This document shows, piece by piece, positions 1-14,175 of a DNA stretch of 64,000 nucleotides; position 1 is the first letter of the stretch; every line of letters starts with the position of its first letter. The stretch lies in NCBI RefSeq assembly GCF_018350175.1, contig NC_058369.1, positions 23,128,001 through 23,192,000 of the forward strand, given 5' to 3'. The position numbers were made by a program, and so were the translations under genes. This DNA is from Felis catus (Eukaryota). The notes under the pieces were generated by a model. It was given only the letters and a program-made list of their open reading frames with translations, searched no databases and was not told where the DNA came from.

Positions 1-1460
1 CCGTTTTGCATAGCTTGGATTTTTGAAAGCAGGTTGATGTCCTTTGCATTCAAAAATTACCGTCAACAAGAATGGGGGGAAAACTAATAGTGAATGCAAA
101 CAGAACCAAATGAATCCAACTGCATTTCGTATGAACTAAAAATATTACCAAAAAAGGGGAGAAAAAGCAGTACACTTTTGAATATAGAACTTAGGCACCA
201 TGTTAAATCTTGAACAGACTACCCTCAGTCTAGGCGGGAGAGAGAACTGACACCAAACTCCTTTGGTGTCATGTGGTGTCATGTGGGCCTAGCAAATCTG
301 AATCTGGTTTGTGAGTATGGTAGGAGTGAGCAAACGTGTAGATGAGGAACATAAAACAGATGCCTGCAGGATAAGACGGGATGGGAGGTCTCAGAATGAA
401 ACCCCAACTCTGTCCCTTGAAAGGGCCTAGACTAAGCAGTGGCACCCCAGTAGCAGTGAGCACATCTAGAACCCGGATCCCAGCTTCCTAAAACCATTCC
501 CCACTAAAACAAACCAGCGTTCTTAGAGAAATTGCTAATTTCAGGGCTTGGGCGGGGAAGGTACCCCTTGCCCCCCTCCCTCCCCCCCCCCCACCAAAGA
601 GCCTAGAATATTTTATGCCAGAAACTAAGAAGTGCTCAAAACAACAGTAAGGTCATCTCACAAGGACACAGGAGTCAGTATGAAGGGGCCCTCACTGGTC
701 AGCTCTGGGACAGTTTGAGCCTCAAAATAAAAGGGACAGTAGTGGAGTATAACCTGTGGAGTAAAACGGAAATCCATGTGTTCTTACCAATAGTGAACAG
801 ATGAACAAATGTCAATGAGATGAACTGAACAGATGAAGTAGGTGGGCAGGGGCGTGGTGCACAGTGCCCCGCTGACTGATAAATGTCACGGCAGCCATGG
901 AGACAGAAGATCACCACTTTCCTGCCATTGTATTGAAGACTGGGTGAGGGAAAAGGTCCTCAGTGCAAGTTAAACCAAGGGGGAGATTTGGAGCAGGATA
1001 TTTTCATCATCTCAAAGATCTTCCCCAGAGATTTTTGACTAGGTGTGAGGGGAAAAAATAGTCTCTACACAGTGGGAGAATCCAAATAAAATCTGGCGTA
1101 GGTCATCAAAATTAGTGTCACTAGGGGCACCTGGGGGGCTCAGTCAGTTAAGCGTCTGACTCTTGGTTTCGTCTCAGGTCATGATCTCACGATTTGTGGG
1201 TTCCAGCCCCATGCTGGGCTGTGAGCTGACAGCATGGAGCCTGCTTGCGATTCTCTCTCCGCCCCCCTCTCTCCCCCTCCCTTGCTCTCTTACTCTATTC
1301 ATTTTTTATTGCTTTCTCACTCACTTTATTTCTCAAAATAAATAAACTTTAAAAATACTGGTGTCACTAATGAGAAGCAAATAGGCACGGCGTGCCTTTG
1401 GAAAAGACACACCACACTCATAGAGTATGCCGGCTGAGGATACATAACCTGAAGGTCATG
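1..1460 (+). mobile_element. Old L1 (L1MC/L1MD-like) 3' region, interrupted by a SINE
   Basis: Stretch gaagtgctcaaaa...aaggacacaggagtcag...ctgggacagtttgagc...ggaaatccatg resembles the L1MC/MD 3' UTR consensus as I recall it. Confidence 0.65.
1124..1355 (+). mobile_element. Carnivore tRNA-derived SINE (SINEC/CanSINE)
   Basis: GGGGCACCTGG...CTCAGTCAGTTAAGCG head, CT-rich body, AATAAA/A tail; TSD core gtgtcacta on both sides. Confidence 0.93.
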
Positions 1461-2528
1461 GTGGTGGAAGGTCAGGGAAGAGGGCAAAGATTTTTATTAA
1501 TATGATGTCTTGCTTTAGATAATGTTAATCACTTAAATCAATTGTTCTAGAGTTACTAAATTACATACACATATGTATATGCACATACATATATACGTTT
1601 ACATATGAAAGGCAATGAAAAGATCAGGAGAACCCATCGCTACTCCAACTTTTCCACGAAAGAATTCTGGATAGCAGAAGCAAAAATAAATGGTCTGGGA
1701 GCAGCTCTGGACATGCAGTTTTCAGAGGAAATGTCTTTGAAGTCTTGTGCTTTATCTCCAACATTCTATGAAATTTGCATTTCTGCTCCATAATCATCTT
1801 TACTTACTTTAAAAATAAAATAATGCTTTAAGTCGCTCATAATTGAGTAAAATGGTATGCCAAGATAACAGAGCTCATTTATTCTACCTCCTCAAGAATC
1901 CTTTGATAGACATAAAACTAGCGCCCCCCCACCCCCGCCGTAATGAATGATAGCTCAGCACCACCTCTGTGCTTTCCAAGCTTCTGTTGTGTCTTTGCAA
2001 ATAGCCCTGAGAAATAATTCCCCCAGTAGAACATTCTGAGAGTCTCTTCTCGTCTTGGTGGGGCTGAGAAACCGGCTGGGTCAGGGGGGACACTGGGGTT
2101 TCCATCTTCCTTCTTTCTACCGCTGTTCAGTGAGGACAAGCGGCTGTTGCTCCCATGGCTGCATCTTTGGCCAGGAAGCAACAATCTCTTCAAACTCTGT
2201 CTGGGCCTGGATTCTGCCAGGACAAGAACAAAAACCCCCTGTTGTTTGTGTGTGGGCTCAAAAGAGGATTTGCATGCTGAACTTATCTGTAGAGTGGAAA
2301 TTCTGAGATGAGTCCAACTTGGGAACCACCCACAAGATAAATGGCAGGGAGGCAGCATAAGCAAGACAAGTTTGTGACCATCCTGACACATTCAGGACAG
2401 TCTCAAGCCAGCAGTGCCCTAATATGTCCCACCATGGAATAATGAAAGACATCAAATTCAGAAGCACTTGACATTGGAACTGGTGACCCCATTTTCATAA
2501 TGTTCTGGTAGCATTGGCAGCTCTGGAC

Positions 2529-2646
2529 TATATATATATACATATATGTATATGTATATATGTATATATATGTATATGTATATACATATATGTATATATG
2601 TACATATATGTATATATATATGTGTGTGTGTATATATATATATATG
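2529..2646. repeat. (TA)n/(TATG)n compound microsatellite
   Basis: Directly visible. Confidence 0.95.
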
Positions 2647-2714
2647 TTTAAGCATTTACAATCTACCTTAGTTTATTAACTGATAGCATTGAATTTATCA
2701 TTAAAAGAGACCCA

Positions 2715-2885
2715 GTCTGAATTCCATGTCTATACCATACTAGCTATGTGACCATAAGTCAGTCCCTTAGCTTCTTCAAGTATTGTTTTCTTCCTTTACC
2801 ATATAGGGATAAAACCTGACTTCCAGGGTTGACATTAAGGATTAAACATCTGTGCATGGTGAGAATGCAGTAAATGATACCTATC
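2715..2885 (+). mobile_element. MIR fragment
   Basis: actagctatgtgacc...tagggataaaacctgacttccagggttg...aggattaaa resembles the MIR core. Confidence 0.6.
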
Positions 2886-3665
2886 ATCCTTTCCCAAACT
2901 CAGGAAGCCCAGTGGGAATTTTTCTCCTTGGCTATAGGAAGTTTTGGAAATGTTCTCCTTTTTTGGGCTGGTAACTGCAATACGGCTTATTCCCTTCTGA
3001 TAATAGAATCTGGCATTTAGGTATAATGAGTCCCTTGGAAGCACTGTTCGTCTAGAGATGCACTTTAATCCCTTGGAAGTCATTTCACTGTAATTACCTA
3101 CTGTGGGTGGGGCATTAATATCTGGGGTTGATGTCTAGGGTCACTGTCCCCAAGAAGGACTAGCAGCCGTGCTGCACCATCCAGACCAGTCCCCACAGCC
3201 TCATGGAAGTAAGTACTGGCCGATTTCCCAAGGCAAGGGAAACACGGTAGGAGCTCTCTCAATTGGCTACCAAATAATGGGCTCAGTGAAACAGTTCGTG
3301 CCTCTTGCCCAGAGTACACTGGACACTGGATCTGGAGGCCATACTGGTACAAGAAGTTTATACACAACTGTTCCAAGTTGAGTTGCGAGCTTACTCAAAG
3401 TTAGTTGTCTTCATATTCAGACTTCCCAAACCTGTTGATGCTAGTTGTTATTTTATCGTAATTGTATACATTAATTATTATTGAAACCCATAACTTAATG
3501 AGTGTTAAAAGAAAAATGTTACTTCTGTGGATATGTAAATGAATGCATTGGGAAGACTCTACAGATTATTGCTGAAAATAACAATGTGTCAACTGTGGGC
3601 CATGTATCTGTAAGACTGGGGAGAAATAGCCTTCCATATATTCAGAGGAAATTGGTACTTAGCTA

Positions 3666-3769
3666 TTTTCCCTCCCTCCCTCCCTCCCTCCCTCCCTTCT
3701 TTTCTTTTCTTTTCTTTTCTTTTCTTTTCTTTTCTTTTCTTTTCTTTTTTTCTTTCTTTTCTTTTCTTT

Positions 3770-3818
<49 letters not shown>

Positions 3819-3925
3819 TTTCTTTCTTTTTCTTTCTATTTCTCCCTTCCTCCCTTCCTCCCCTTCTTCTCCTTCCTCCCTTGCTTCCTCCCTTCCTTCT
3901 TTTCTTCCTTCCCTCCTTCCTTTTC
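3666..3925. repeat. Polypyrimidine compound repeat (CCCT)n/(CTTTT)n/(CTTT)n/(CCTT)n
   Basis: Directly visible; explains the F/S/L-rich and K/E/R-rich pseudo-ORFs at 3502-3930. Confidence 0.95.
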
Positions 3926-4171
3926 ATTAAGGGTAAGTTTACCTTGATTTGTTTGTTCTCTCTCAGGTTGATGTGGTAGGTTTGGTGGCCAGGTTAGTAT
4001 CTGCTTCCTATCTTATTGCCTCTTGGTAGCCTCTGGGAACTGTGAGCTCTGTGGACAGTGACCTTACCAAATACAGAGAGGAGGGTCAGCAGTTGGTATG
4101 TGCAGAGTTTTGATTTCCAGCTAGAATGACCCACATGCTCTTGTGACATGGATCAGCATCATGGGGATAGC

Positions 4172-4725
4172 TGTGTTCGTTTTTATTGCTATGTAACAAA
4201 TGAGCACAAACAGCAGCTTAATGTAACACAAATGTATTATCTCAGGGTTCCCATTGGTCAGGAGTCTGGGCACAAGGTAGCTAAGTCCCTTGGCTCAGGG
4301 TCTCCCAAGGCTGTAGTTCTCATCTGCAGCTCAGGGCCTCTTCCAGGCTCATTCGGATTGTTGGTAGAATTGGTCCCTTGCAGTTATAGGACTGAGGTCC
4401 CTGTTTTCTTGCTTGCTGTCATCTGGGAATTGCTCTCAGCTCCTAGAACCCAAAGTTCCTGCCACATGGTCAATGAGAGGCAGTTCTCACGATGCTGTTT
4501 GCTCTTTTCCAGACCAGCAAGAGTGCATCCCTCTAAATAGAAGCTTCTTTGATTATGTCAGTCCCACCCACGATAATCTTTTAATTAACTTCAAGTCCAT
4601 TGATAGCAACCTAATCATGCTAATGATATCCCATCATACTTATACTCAAGGAGAGGGAATTGTAAGGGTCATGTACCTACCATGGCAGAAATCCTGGGAG
4701 CTGTCTTAGAATCCTGCCTATTGCA
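4172..4725 (-). mobile_element. MaLR solo LTR (MLT1F-like)
   Basis: Termini tgtgttcgtttttattgctatgtaacaaa and cttagaatcctgcctattgca are the reverse complement of MLT1 ends; internal ggtcaggagtctgggcac and ggactgaggtccctgttttcttgc motifs. Confidence 0.8.
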
Positions 4726-7014
4726 ACAGACTGCTCACATGCTGTGGTCTGAGAGGGAAAGATCATGCTGGAAGGAAATACAACCAACACCTCCTCCTTC
4801 CTGCAAACTCTCTATTAAGAGCAAGTCTCAAGGCAGCCATGTCTGCTCTTCATCATAAGACTGCTGCTTACCACTAATGCCTCTAAGAGCCTTGAGTCTC
4901 TTTGTGACATTGTAGTCTGAAAGTGGCTTTGATTTGTTTCGGACTCAGATAAGATTAACCAGACCTGCTGATTAATATCATTTCTACCAAATACTGAAGG
5001 AGTAGGTATTTGTTGATTATCTAGTAAACATAGACACTTGATTCCACCAGTTGGCTTAACATGGTCTTAAAAGTCTTCTTTCTCTTTAATTATCTGGAAG
5101 TTAAGGCAAAAGGAGTTCCTGTTGGTTGACTCATCAGTCATTATGGCTGAAGACCCAGCAGCAACAAATATAATCATGTAATTGACTTAATACTTAAATG
5201 AATAGCTTAAAATGACCCATGAGTGTGGTACTTTCCCTTTTTATTAATTATGTATTGATTCATACATTTCGGGGTCTGGACAAGCTAAAGATAAAAGTCT
5301 ATATAGCCTAAATATAGATTCTTGCACATGAGTCAAGGATTGTATTTAACTAAGCCTGATCTAGAATCGGGACTGACAGAATTTTCCTTTCAGGGCCTGT
5401 CTTCTCTGCTGATTACTACCCGTCTGATTAAATATTCTGTTTCCTGCCTGGCTGTTCTATTCAATTTGCTTTCCCGGTGAAGCCCAAATAAATGAATTAA
5501 TGTTAACAACATTAATTATGTTTAATCTAATAAGATCTCATGTATTAATTGACAAAACAGCAAACACCAGAATTCTGAAATTCATGGGCTTCTTATCAGA
5601 ATACAAGTCATGCACAGTCATTATCTCTTAGGTGCAGAGCAAAAAATCATTAACAATGGAATTTGTTCCATTTTGTAAGCAAATGACTTGTGCTTTCCAG
5701 TTGGGACTTAATCATCTTGGGAATGCTACCCAACTTGCTGTGCAGGGTAGACGCTGCATTAAACTGAGGAAGCATCAGCATCCCTGATCAACCCCTCCAG
5801 GGGAGTTTCCACAGACCATGGTGACAAGCAGAAGGGAAGCAAAGAAGTCTTTTAGAAACAGTGGGAATGTGACTATTTAAAATAATGAGAATTCATTACC
5901 AAGCCCTCCTGCCCCTCCCTGTTGCTGGTAATGCAATTCAGTATGCAATTTGTAGGAACTTTCAAACCAATTTAGTTGCATTTGCAAATTGGACGTGTAT
6001 CTTTCCTCCTCACCCCCTACTAAGTCCAACTTGGGAGAAAATGCTTCGCATTTGATAGATTGCACATTTGTTTCAGTTTCTCATCTAGGAATGGTACCTA
6101 GGCCATTTAGGAGTCGTTTGGGTGATTGCCTTAAGCTACATCGCACTGCCTAGAAGCAATTACTCAGGGGGTCGAAGCCATCATAAAGAAGTTGTTGGGG
6201 CTTGGAAACTGAATTTACAGTATTTTCCCAAGACACCGCTGCATATCAAAGGAGTTCAAATCGTCAAAACAAAAAGACACACGTATAGAGAAACATAAAC
6301 CATCCTGCTGGGTCGTGGAACAGAGAATGCCATCTGCATTACATGGCATGGAGAAAACTGATTACGTTGGGACCTCTATTTCATAGCAGATGGGTTCATT
6401 AAATTTAATAGCCTCCAGAGCCTTTAGAAACCGTGTTAAAAACATGTGGAGCATGCTGTGACACTTCACTTCTGCCCCTGCAGTCATTATAACTCTGGCA
6501 CAGACTATAAATATTATAGTACTTTATTTCCATTGAAACAGATTACTATTATAATTATTTTTTTTGCCAGGAGATGGTGATGTTAAAAAGAGTGCATTCT
6601 GATTTCTAGTGCCATTTATATTTATCCAAATATTTTTCTTTTCCATTTGATTCTAGATTTCTCTATTAAATAGTGGGTTGTTGTTGTTTTTTTGTTTGTT
6701 TTTTTAGCTCAACCTTGTTTTTTCTTTGAGTTCATGTTGTGAAACTATGAATTCAAAGTATAAAAGTACTATCTTCAGGAAAGATATTCTGATACATTAT
6801 GGATGACTGTCAACTAATAGAAATGCTTAGAGCTGAAAATGAAAAAAATTAGCTTTTAAGAGGTTTTTTTTTTATTTTTAGATTTATGGTTGTTTCTGCT
6901 ATTATGGTATAATAATTTGTAACTGTCCCTAAAGAAAGGACAGTGTCTAGAAATAAATAAGATCTTATAGAAATGGATAAGACCATTAAGCCCGAATAAT
7001 CATTTAGCATAATA

Positions 7015-7450
7015 GATTATTCAGTATTCTTTGTTTACAAGTGAGAGCACTCAACTCAAAGTAGCAAAGGTCAAAAAGGGAATTCGTGAGCTCCTGGAAC
7101 CAAGATACCTGTGTACTTCTGTCCTGAGGCATGACTAGCTTCAGGAATCACTCCTGTGTTTTCAACTTCCAATGAATCTCATGAATTGCTTGATTTCTTG
7201 GCTTAGTTCTTGGGAAGGCAGTTTCTCACTCTTTAGGATGACAAACACGACCTTTCCCATCCACTAGCTTTCATTGTTTGATACCCTTGATTTCTCCCTT
7301 TCTCTTCCAGCATCTATATCAAATCCATAATAGGTCTGTTTGGGTCACAACCCCATTCTGAGGGGTGAGGTGGAGCTAACTGATGGCTGGAATCTCACAG
7401 AGTGGGGAAGAAACCAGTCCCAAAGGTAGTTGATACTGGGAGGGCTGCAA
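7015..7450 (-). mobile_element. Degenerate old MaLR LTR (MLT1K/L-like)
   Basis: ttcagtattctttgtttacaagtgagagcactcaactcaaagtagc...aaaagggaatt resembles the MLT1K/L terminus; boundaries approximate. Confidence 0.45.
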
Positions 7451-7552
7451 GGTACAGAGTCCTGCATGGACTTTGTCTGTAGACTCCCAAACTAATCTAT
7501 GCCTGAGATCATGTATTCCATCAGTATGATATTCATTATGGTACCATGTTTT

Positions 7553-7742
7553 CATTTCTAAGTTTATTTACTTATGTATTTTGAGAGTGGGTGGTGGGGG
7601 AGAGAGGGAGAGAGAATCCCAAGCAGGCTCCATGCTGTTAGCTCAGAGCCTGATGCAGGGCTCAGTCTCATGAACCACGAGTTCGTGACCTGAGCCAAAA
7701 TCAAGAGTCAGACACTTAACCAACTGAGCCACCCAGGTGCCC
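7553..7742 (-). mobile_element. Carnivore SINE
   Basis: Ends ...ctgagccacccaggtgccc; 16-bp TSD tatggt[a/g]ccatgtttt. Confidence 0.95.
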
Positions 7743-10149
7743 TATGGTGCCATGTTTTTAAGCAGTAGAGCTCTTTGTCTAGTGAAATGTTTCCATGGAC
7801 ACTTGGTGCATAATACATATAGAAGCTAAGCTGCTCTGGTGGATGTGGGGAGTAGGGCCATGGAGCCCTGGTTGCTTGGCCACCTCCTGAATGCTTAGGG
7901 AAGCTCCAAAGCACTGTTTTGCTTCTCTTTGGCACTGAAGAACCTAAGTAGTATTCTGAGTAATAAGTGAATCAGTCTCTGAAAATGGCAAAATGGAATT
8001 CGCTGCTGTGGATTATCTGCTGTGACGCTAAGCTTATATCAAGGCACCGGGTTGGGTCCAGTTAGGAGAGATGGTTATGGGGATTGGAAGGTTGTGCCCA
8101 TGGTTGTATTAGAAAACCAAATTGCCTGTGCTTTTTCCCTCAAATATCTGTATTTTTTATATTCTCTGGAGACCAGTTCCTTGGCCACCCTTATTCACAG
8201 GTGAAACATGGTCTTCTCTAAGTCCTGCTTAACATGATATCCCAATTCAAAGCTGACACAGATGGGCTCAGTGTTTGTGATATGAGTTCATTTCTGAGCA
8301 AATTGCATAACTTACTCTAACCCACCATCCCACCATCCCATTGAGGTCAGATGTCTACCACTTATCCAATCAGCTGTGGCTAGGGAAAGGTCATATGATG
8401 GAAACAGATCAGCCAGAGCTGTGGATCACAGATTCTGTAGGAAAGATTTTTAAGCAAGAGGAAATGACCAGAGTCTGGAGGAGGTAACATTTCTAGACCT
8501 CTGTCTTTCTATCCACAGTTTCCATAAGCTGCATCCCCAACTAGGTTCTAATACTAACTCTCAGTACCATATCTTCATTCCTCTTCTCTGAGCCCCAGGC
8601 TTATGGCTTCCTTTTAGTTCCAGCTGCTCCAACAAATATCTCCCAGTCCTTTCCCTGCCTCCCACATCTTGACATCGCCCTTCCTCCATCCACCTGTCTG
8701 CTACATGGGGGATAGGAATCCCTCTCCCTTTGTGTCTTTTGAGAGCTGAGGGAGGTATTTTGGCCACCACAACTAAACCTGTACTGCTTTTTTCCCCCTT
8801 AATGGCCCAAATACTTGGGCAACTTCGATTCTCAGAGCTGATTCTCACGCACCGACCTGGTTTAAACTAAAATGAATGCATTCCTCTTATTACCAGCATG
8901 AAGAATAATTAAAATAATCCCAGAGAATCAACCTGTGGTTTGATATCAGCTGCCAGTTTCTCTTCTCTTGCTGCACACAGGGTTTTCTCCATGTAAAAGA
9001 TATAATTCTTTTGCTTTCATTCCGTAAGCATTGCTGTGCCAAATGCAGATGTACTGTCTGTGACCGTGGCTCACAGATACCATAGATGAGAGTATTTAAC
9101 CTAGCTGGGCTCTTCAGCTACTTTTATTGAAACATGGCAGAGGACCATTCTTTGCCGCTTGACTTTAAAAGATTATTCCTTCCTGGCTGTTCACAACTGC
9201 CTGTGGGTGATATAGCAACTGGGGGCTCCTTCGGCATTATTCTGCCGATGATACACACTACTGTTAAATGTCCGGACCAAGCAGGAAGCTCAGTGCCTCG
9301 GGGGAAATTCTCTCTAGTTCTGAACAAAGAAAGGAAAAACAAAGACATGGTTTATTCAGGCAAAAGGAACGTGTTTTCAAATCAATTTCCATTATGTTTA
9401 CTCAAAAAATCTGGAACATCAACATCTTTGCTGGTTGATGGAAACAACCGTTCAACACTCTTGTAATTGATTTCTCTTCCAAAGCAATCACACTGACGGT
9501 GACCCGAGATGAAGCAAAAGCAAGTATTCATCCCAGTCTCTTTCTCTCTCACTTAGCACCGTGTAATGAGCATTTGTTTCCATGTCAAGGATCCTCCTTT
9601 GAGGACAGATTCAAATGCACTGCTTGTTCATCAGTTCACCTCCCATGGTTTTCCAAGAAGGGACCCTTGGGAAGGACTGTCCTCACACATTCGAGGACCA
9701 TCCTGAGGCTAAATTAGATGACTTTTCCTGTCTGCCTCAGAAAAGTATTTCAAGGCCCAGCTGCAAAGTGCTTCACAAATGGTTGAGCTATGTTAGCTAT
9801 CAACCAGTAAGTTAGAGGATATAAAGTGTGGATTGACTCACCACTGGCTCAGAACCCTCAAGGGGGACCTAAATTTGAATCATTTGATAACCTGACCCCT
9901 GTTCACCCGTCATTCTTCTGTTTCAACCTGGCTTTTCTCCATTCTGTGCAGCCTCACCCTACCCACAGATTCATAGTCTTAAGATTTTCTTCTACCTAAC
10001 TGCAAGAAGCAGCCTCTTCCTCCCACCCCAGCTGGGAGCCTTTTGGGCTTATCCCTCACTTTCAGTTCCATCACTCTCTCCTCTGGGAAGCATGTCCTGA
10101 TCTCCTTGGATCCACCCCTAGTCTCAAATGGGGCTTTTGTGATATGCTC

Positions 10150-10364
10150 TTTTTTTTTAAAAACAAATGTTTATTTATTTATTTTGAGAGAGAGAGATAA
10201 AGAGAGCAGGGGAGGGGCAGAGAGAGGGAGAGAGAATCCCAAGCAAGCCCCGTGCTGTCAGCACAGAGCCGGACACAGGGCTTGATCCCCGTGAACCGTG
10301 AGATCATGACCTGAACTGAAATCAAGAGTCCTATGCTTAACTGACTGAGCCACCCAGGTGCTCT
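10150..10364 (-). mobile_element. Carnivore SINE
   Basis: Poly-T, GA-rich body, ctgagccacccaggtg; TSD ttgtgat[a/g]tgctctt. Confidence 0.95.
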
Positions 10365-12754
10365 GGTCTTGTGATGTGCTCTTAAATCATCTGGCACCAT
10401 CCCAGAATCTTGTACTATATCAGAAATTCCACATATGTACATTTTTTATCTCATCGAACTGTAAACTCTTTGAGGAAGTGGATGAAAGTGAAATAAAGTA
10501 GCATGTTGTTTGTCATATACCACCAGCCTCTTTTTACTACTCACTAGAGCTTGTTTCTCTCACTCTACACTATATTTCTCCTAAAAACATCCAATGAGAC
10601 ACCAAGAAGTAGCAAAGAAATAGTATAGAATATTGGCTACAAAGAGGATGGCTGTACCAAGTAGAGTTTAAAATACTGTCCCCAAAATATGGCTGTCATA
10701 TTTGTCAAGTTCAGGTCTCAAACAGCTGGTTTAAATGAATGCCAGCCTCATCTACTCAGTGGAAATCACTGATTTTAGATGGAAGAACAGGGAACTTTCA
10801 GGAGTGAACCAGATTTCTGCAATGTTCCCTTTCTATGCATATTGTTAAGAGCAATATGTTGGGGAAAGGGTTGATTGCTTAAGGCACATTGTTTATACTA
10901 CATTACTTAGGTCTGATGGAAAAGTTCCTAACAGTGGTTTTTTTGCTAAAGATACGGTCTATGGATGAAGAGTGGAATGTGATTTTTCTTGGTAGGGCAT
11001 CATCATAATTTAGGTGGACTCCAAAGACATTTGATATTGGGAGAGGCTGGGAAAAATATTCAGGTCCATGGAGCTTCTTTAGTATTAGCATTCAATTCTC
11101 CATCAAAATATAAATGCTGTCTGCTTTTAATTACCATCTTTATTCAGGCCAAGTTAATTACTCTGGGCCGGACTGGAAAGGAAAATTCCCAGAAAGTCTG
11201 ATATGATAGAATCACAGTGTGTTTTCTGAAGAAGATGCTGAGAAATCCTTAATGAATTACGGTTTCAATATAACTTTTGCAACAGAATACTAACGGAATG
11301 AGGGGGAAAAAAACAGAGATTTTTGGCAGCTGTTCACCATCATAGCACTTGACAATCTGCTTCTTATTTAGTTTTCTGTTATGTGAAAGCATGGAATTCT
11401 CAAGAAATATCGATCACTGCATGACAATACGTTTGTAGCAAACCGTATTGTGTTGCAAAAGCTCTCCTTTTAAAGTGAGATTTCTGACTCTGTTTTGTTA
11501 TTAAAATGTGTGGGTCTTTTTACTTAGAAAATAGTGTGGTTTTGTTAAACATAAGTTATTTAGAGGTTAAAATAATCTTAATTTTAACTATTAATATTAT
11601 TAAGAACAGATTTTCGACCAAGTTGAACTGAATGCAAACAAGGATAAACTTGGAAAAGAAAACTGGTGGCTGGGAATGCAGGGATGCCTTGAGAGCTGTG
11701 TCTTGGCCGCAGCCAATAGGTTCACAGCAGCCCTTTGCCGTGTTGGCAGAACCACACATTTTTGTAAGGTCTGTTGATTTCCCCAGACTTCATGGAATCT
11801 AGATCAAGTTTGTCAGTTTCCCATTTCTCTTGTGATGATAATCCAACCTAGGGCTGAATTAGGAGCACTGAGGGTGTCTGGACTTCATGGCCCTTGTATC
11901 CAGCTGAACTGCTCCTTTTCTGTAGTGTCAGTAGATAGGAGAGTCTACTCTTTGGCCATCGTTTGGGGAAGCCTATGAAACCAGATGTAGGTTACCTAGT
12001 TTATTAGGCAAACGCCTACGTAGCTGAGGGTCAGGCCCTATGCTAGACAGCAGGGTGTCATTTCTAGGAAATACAGTTTAAGTCTCTGAAGTGAATAATA
12101 CAAGCCAATCAGGTAATTTAAAATTATTAGATGTTTTTTTAAAGCTATCGGTAGCTTCCAACATGTAGTGGCAAGGCCGTACTTTGTCTTTCTCGCAATC
12201 CTGTTACCACGTTGTGGTGAAAACAAGTCTCAGGCAAATTCTGCCATCCCTGCAAACATTTATTAACATCCTGAACAAGTCAACTAAATGTTCTGAAAGC
12301 TCCAGGAAGTCCCAGATCTCTATCCTTTCAGATGTTCTGATGGCATCTTGCATCAGAACAAACGTGTTATTTGCAGGTGTCAGTTAACCTTCTGTTTGGA
12401 GTCAGGTGACTGAGAAGAGAAGCCTGAGTCAGCAGCTGAAGTCTGTCTGTTTAGCAAGAAGACCTGACATGCTGTTTCTCAAGATGGAATCTGCTGAGCT
12501 CCCAAAACCCTTTGTGGGCTCCTGCAGAGGAAGGCAGGGTTTCTGCAATCTGTTAACCAATCCATATAGAGTGGAAATCTCCAATTTACCAATGAAAAAT
12601 CCTTTCTAATGTCCATTGTTATGGTAATTGACAAAACCTCTGCTGCTGATCAGAGATAAATGGTAGGGCATGTTGCCTTTTGCTTAACTACTAGCCAGAA
12701 TATGTATTTCTGGTTAAGGCAGTTGACTTTCTCTAAGACATAGATTAAAATCCA

Positions 12755-12935
12755 GGGCACCTGGGTGACTCAGTAAGCTAAGTGTCCAACTCTTGGTTTC
12801 AGCTCAGGTCATCGTCTCAGGGTCATGAGTTCAAGCCCCACCTCAGGCTCTGCACTGACAGCATGGAGTCTGCTTGAGATTCTCTCTCTCCATCTGTCTC
12901 TGCCCTTCCCCTGCTCTCTCTCAATAAACATTTTT
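12755..12935 (+). mobile_element. Carnivore SINE
   Basis: GGGCACCTGGGTGACTCAG head, (CT)n, AATAAA. Confidence 0.92.
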
Positions 12936-13015
12936 TAGAAATCAGCATATGCACTCACATCATCTATGCTAAAGTATTTCACAGTAAGTTACCTACCACA
13001 TAATAGTGTTGTACA

Positions 13016-13351
13016 CAGTTGACCCTTAAACAATGCAGGGTTAGAGGCACCAACCCCTTCCTTTGTAGTCAAAAATCCATGTATAAATTGTGACTCCTTA
13101 AAACCTTTACTATTAGCCTACTGTTGATCAGAAGCCTTACTGATAACTTACATAGTCAAGTAACATGTATTTTGTATGTTATATGTATTATATACCATAT
13201 TCTTACCTTAAAGTAAGCTAGAGAAAAGAAAATGTTATTAAGAAAATCATAAAGAAGAGAAGATACATTTACAGTACTCTAATATTTATCAAAAGTTTCC
13301 ATGTTGAAGTGGCCCGTGTAGCTCAAACCCATGTAGTTCAAGGGTCAACTG
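13016..13351 (-). mobile_element. Tigger2-derived MITE (Tigger2a-like, TcMar)
   Basis: TIRs CAGTTGACCCTTAAAC ... GTTCAAGGGTCAACTG followed by TA. Strand is assigned relative to the recalled consensus. Confidence 0.88.
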
Positions 13352-13359
13352 TACAATCA

Positions 13360-13490
13360 AGGTTTCTTCTTTGTGAAATGAGAATAGTAATGGTGCCGAT
13401 CTCCTAGATTGTGAAGATTAAAAAAGATAACGTTGCTTAGCACCATGCCAGGTGCATAGCAAGTGCTCCATATAAATGCTAATCATTTTT
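13360..13490 (+). mobile_element. MIR 3' fragment
   Basis: tttgtgaaatgagaatagtaat...gcttagcaccatgccaggtgcatagcaagtgctc. Confidence 0.75.
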
Positions 13491-14084
13491 ATCTAGAAAC
13501 TCAGAGTAGCATTATTTATTGTTCTGTACACAGAGTCTTATGGAATGAATTCTACCTTCTTTTCATTTTAGACTTCCCAAATTTTGACATTCTAAAAAAA
13601 GGGGGGTAAAGAGGGTCATGTATATGTGTCCCTTCCCAACAGAGAGGAATCCCTGGATGCTCCCATTCTTTGAAGCCACTCTCTCTACTCTAAGGGGTAT
13701 ATCCATGTGTCTTGCCTGGAAGCTCCATTCCATTCTTGGGAATGAGAAAGGAAACGAAAAAATTCTACTGATGCCCTTGGCCGTCACTGTCTCAGAAATT
13801 TCTATGGCAGCGTCCTAGAGCAACAACCAGCGTTGGCATAATTATAGTAACGGAATCTGCCATGGTCCTGTTCTTGTGCTGTGGCCAGCAGGAGTGAACC
13901 AGAAAGCCCGGGAGGAATGGTTGAACTGTAAAAGCTAGTGGTGATCTTCAGAAGCATCCTTTTTGATGCTTCTACAGTGCAGTAGGCCAGGCCTCCCATG
14001 CAGCACGGTAAGAATAAATGGGTGCAAGAGCCACCGGTATGGGGGCAGTTAACATGCACCCCAGATCCTGCTAAGTGTGCTTTG

Positions 14085-14175
14085 GCATCCTTGGTCAGTG
14101 GGTCCTACTGTCTCCATTCTCCAGATGAGGAAGCCAAGACTTAGGGAGATTGAGGAATTTGCCCAAAGAGTTGGG
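14085..14175 (-). mobile_element. MIR core fragment
   Basis: ccattctccagatgaggaagccaagacttagggagattgaggaatttgcccaa. Confidence 0.7.

Noticed and set aside
1124..1200. tRNA-like A/B boxes in SINE heads
   Set aside because: tRNA-derived SINE sequence, not tRNA genes.
3502..3930. Hydrophobic and K/E/R-rich ORFs (also 37241-37675, 2458-2655, 58538-59301)
   Set aside because: Translations of simple repeats.
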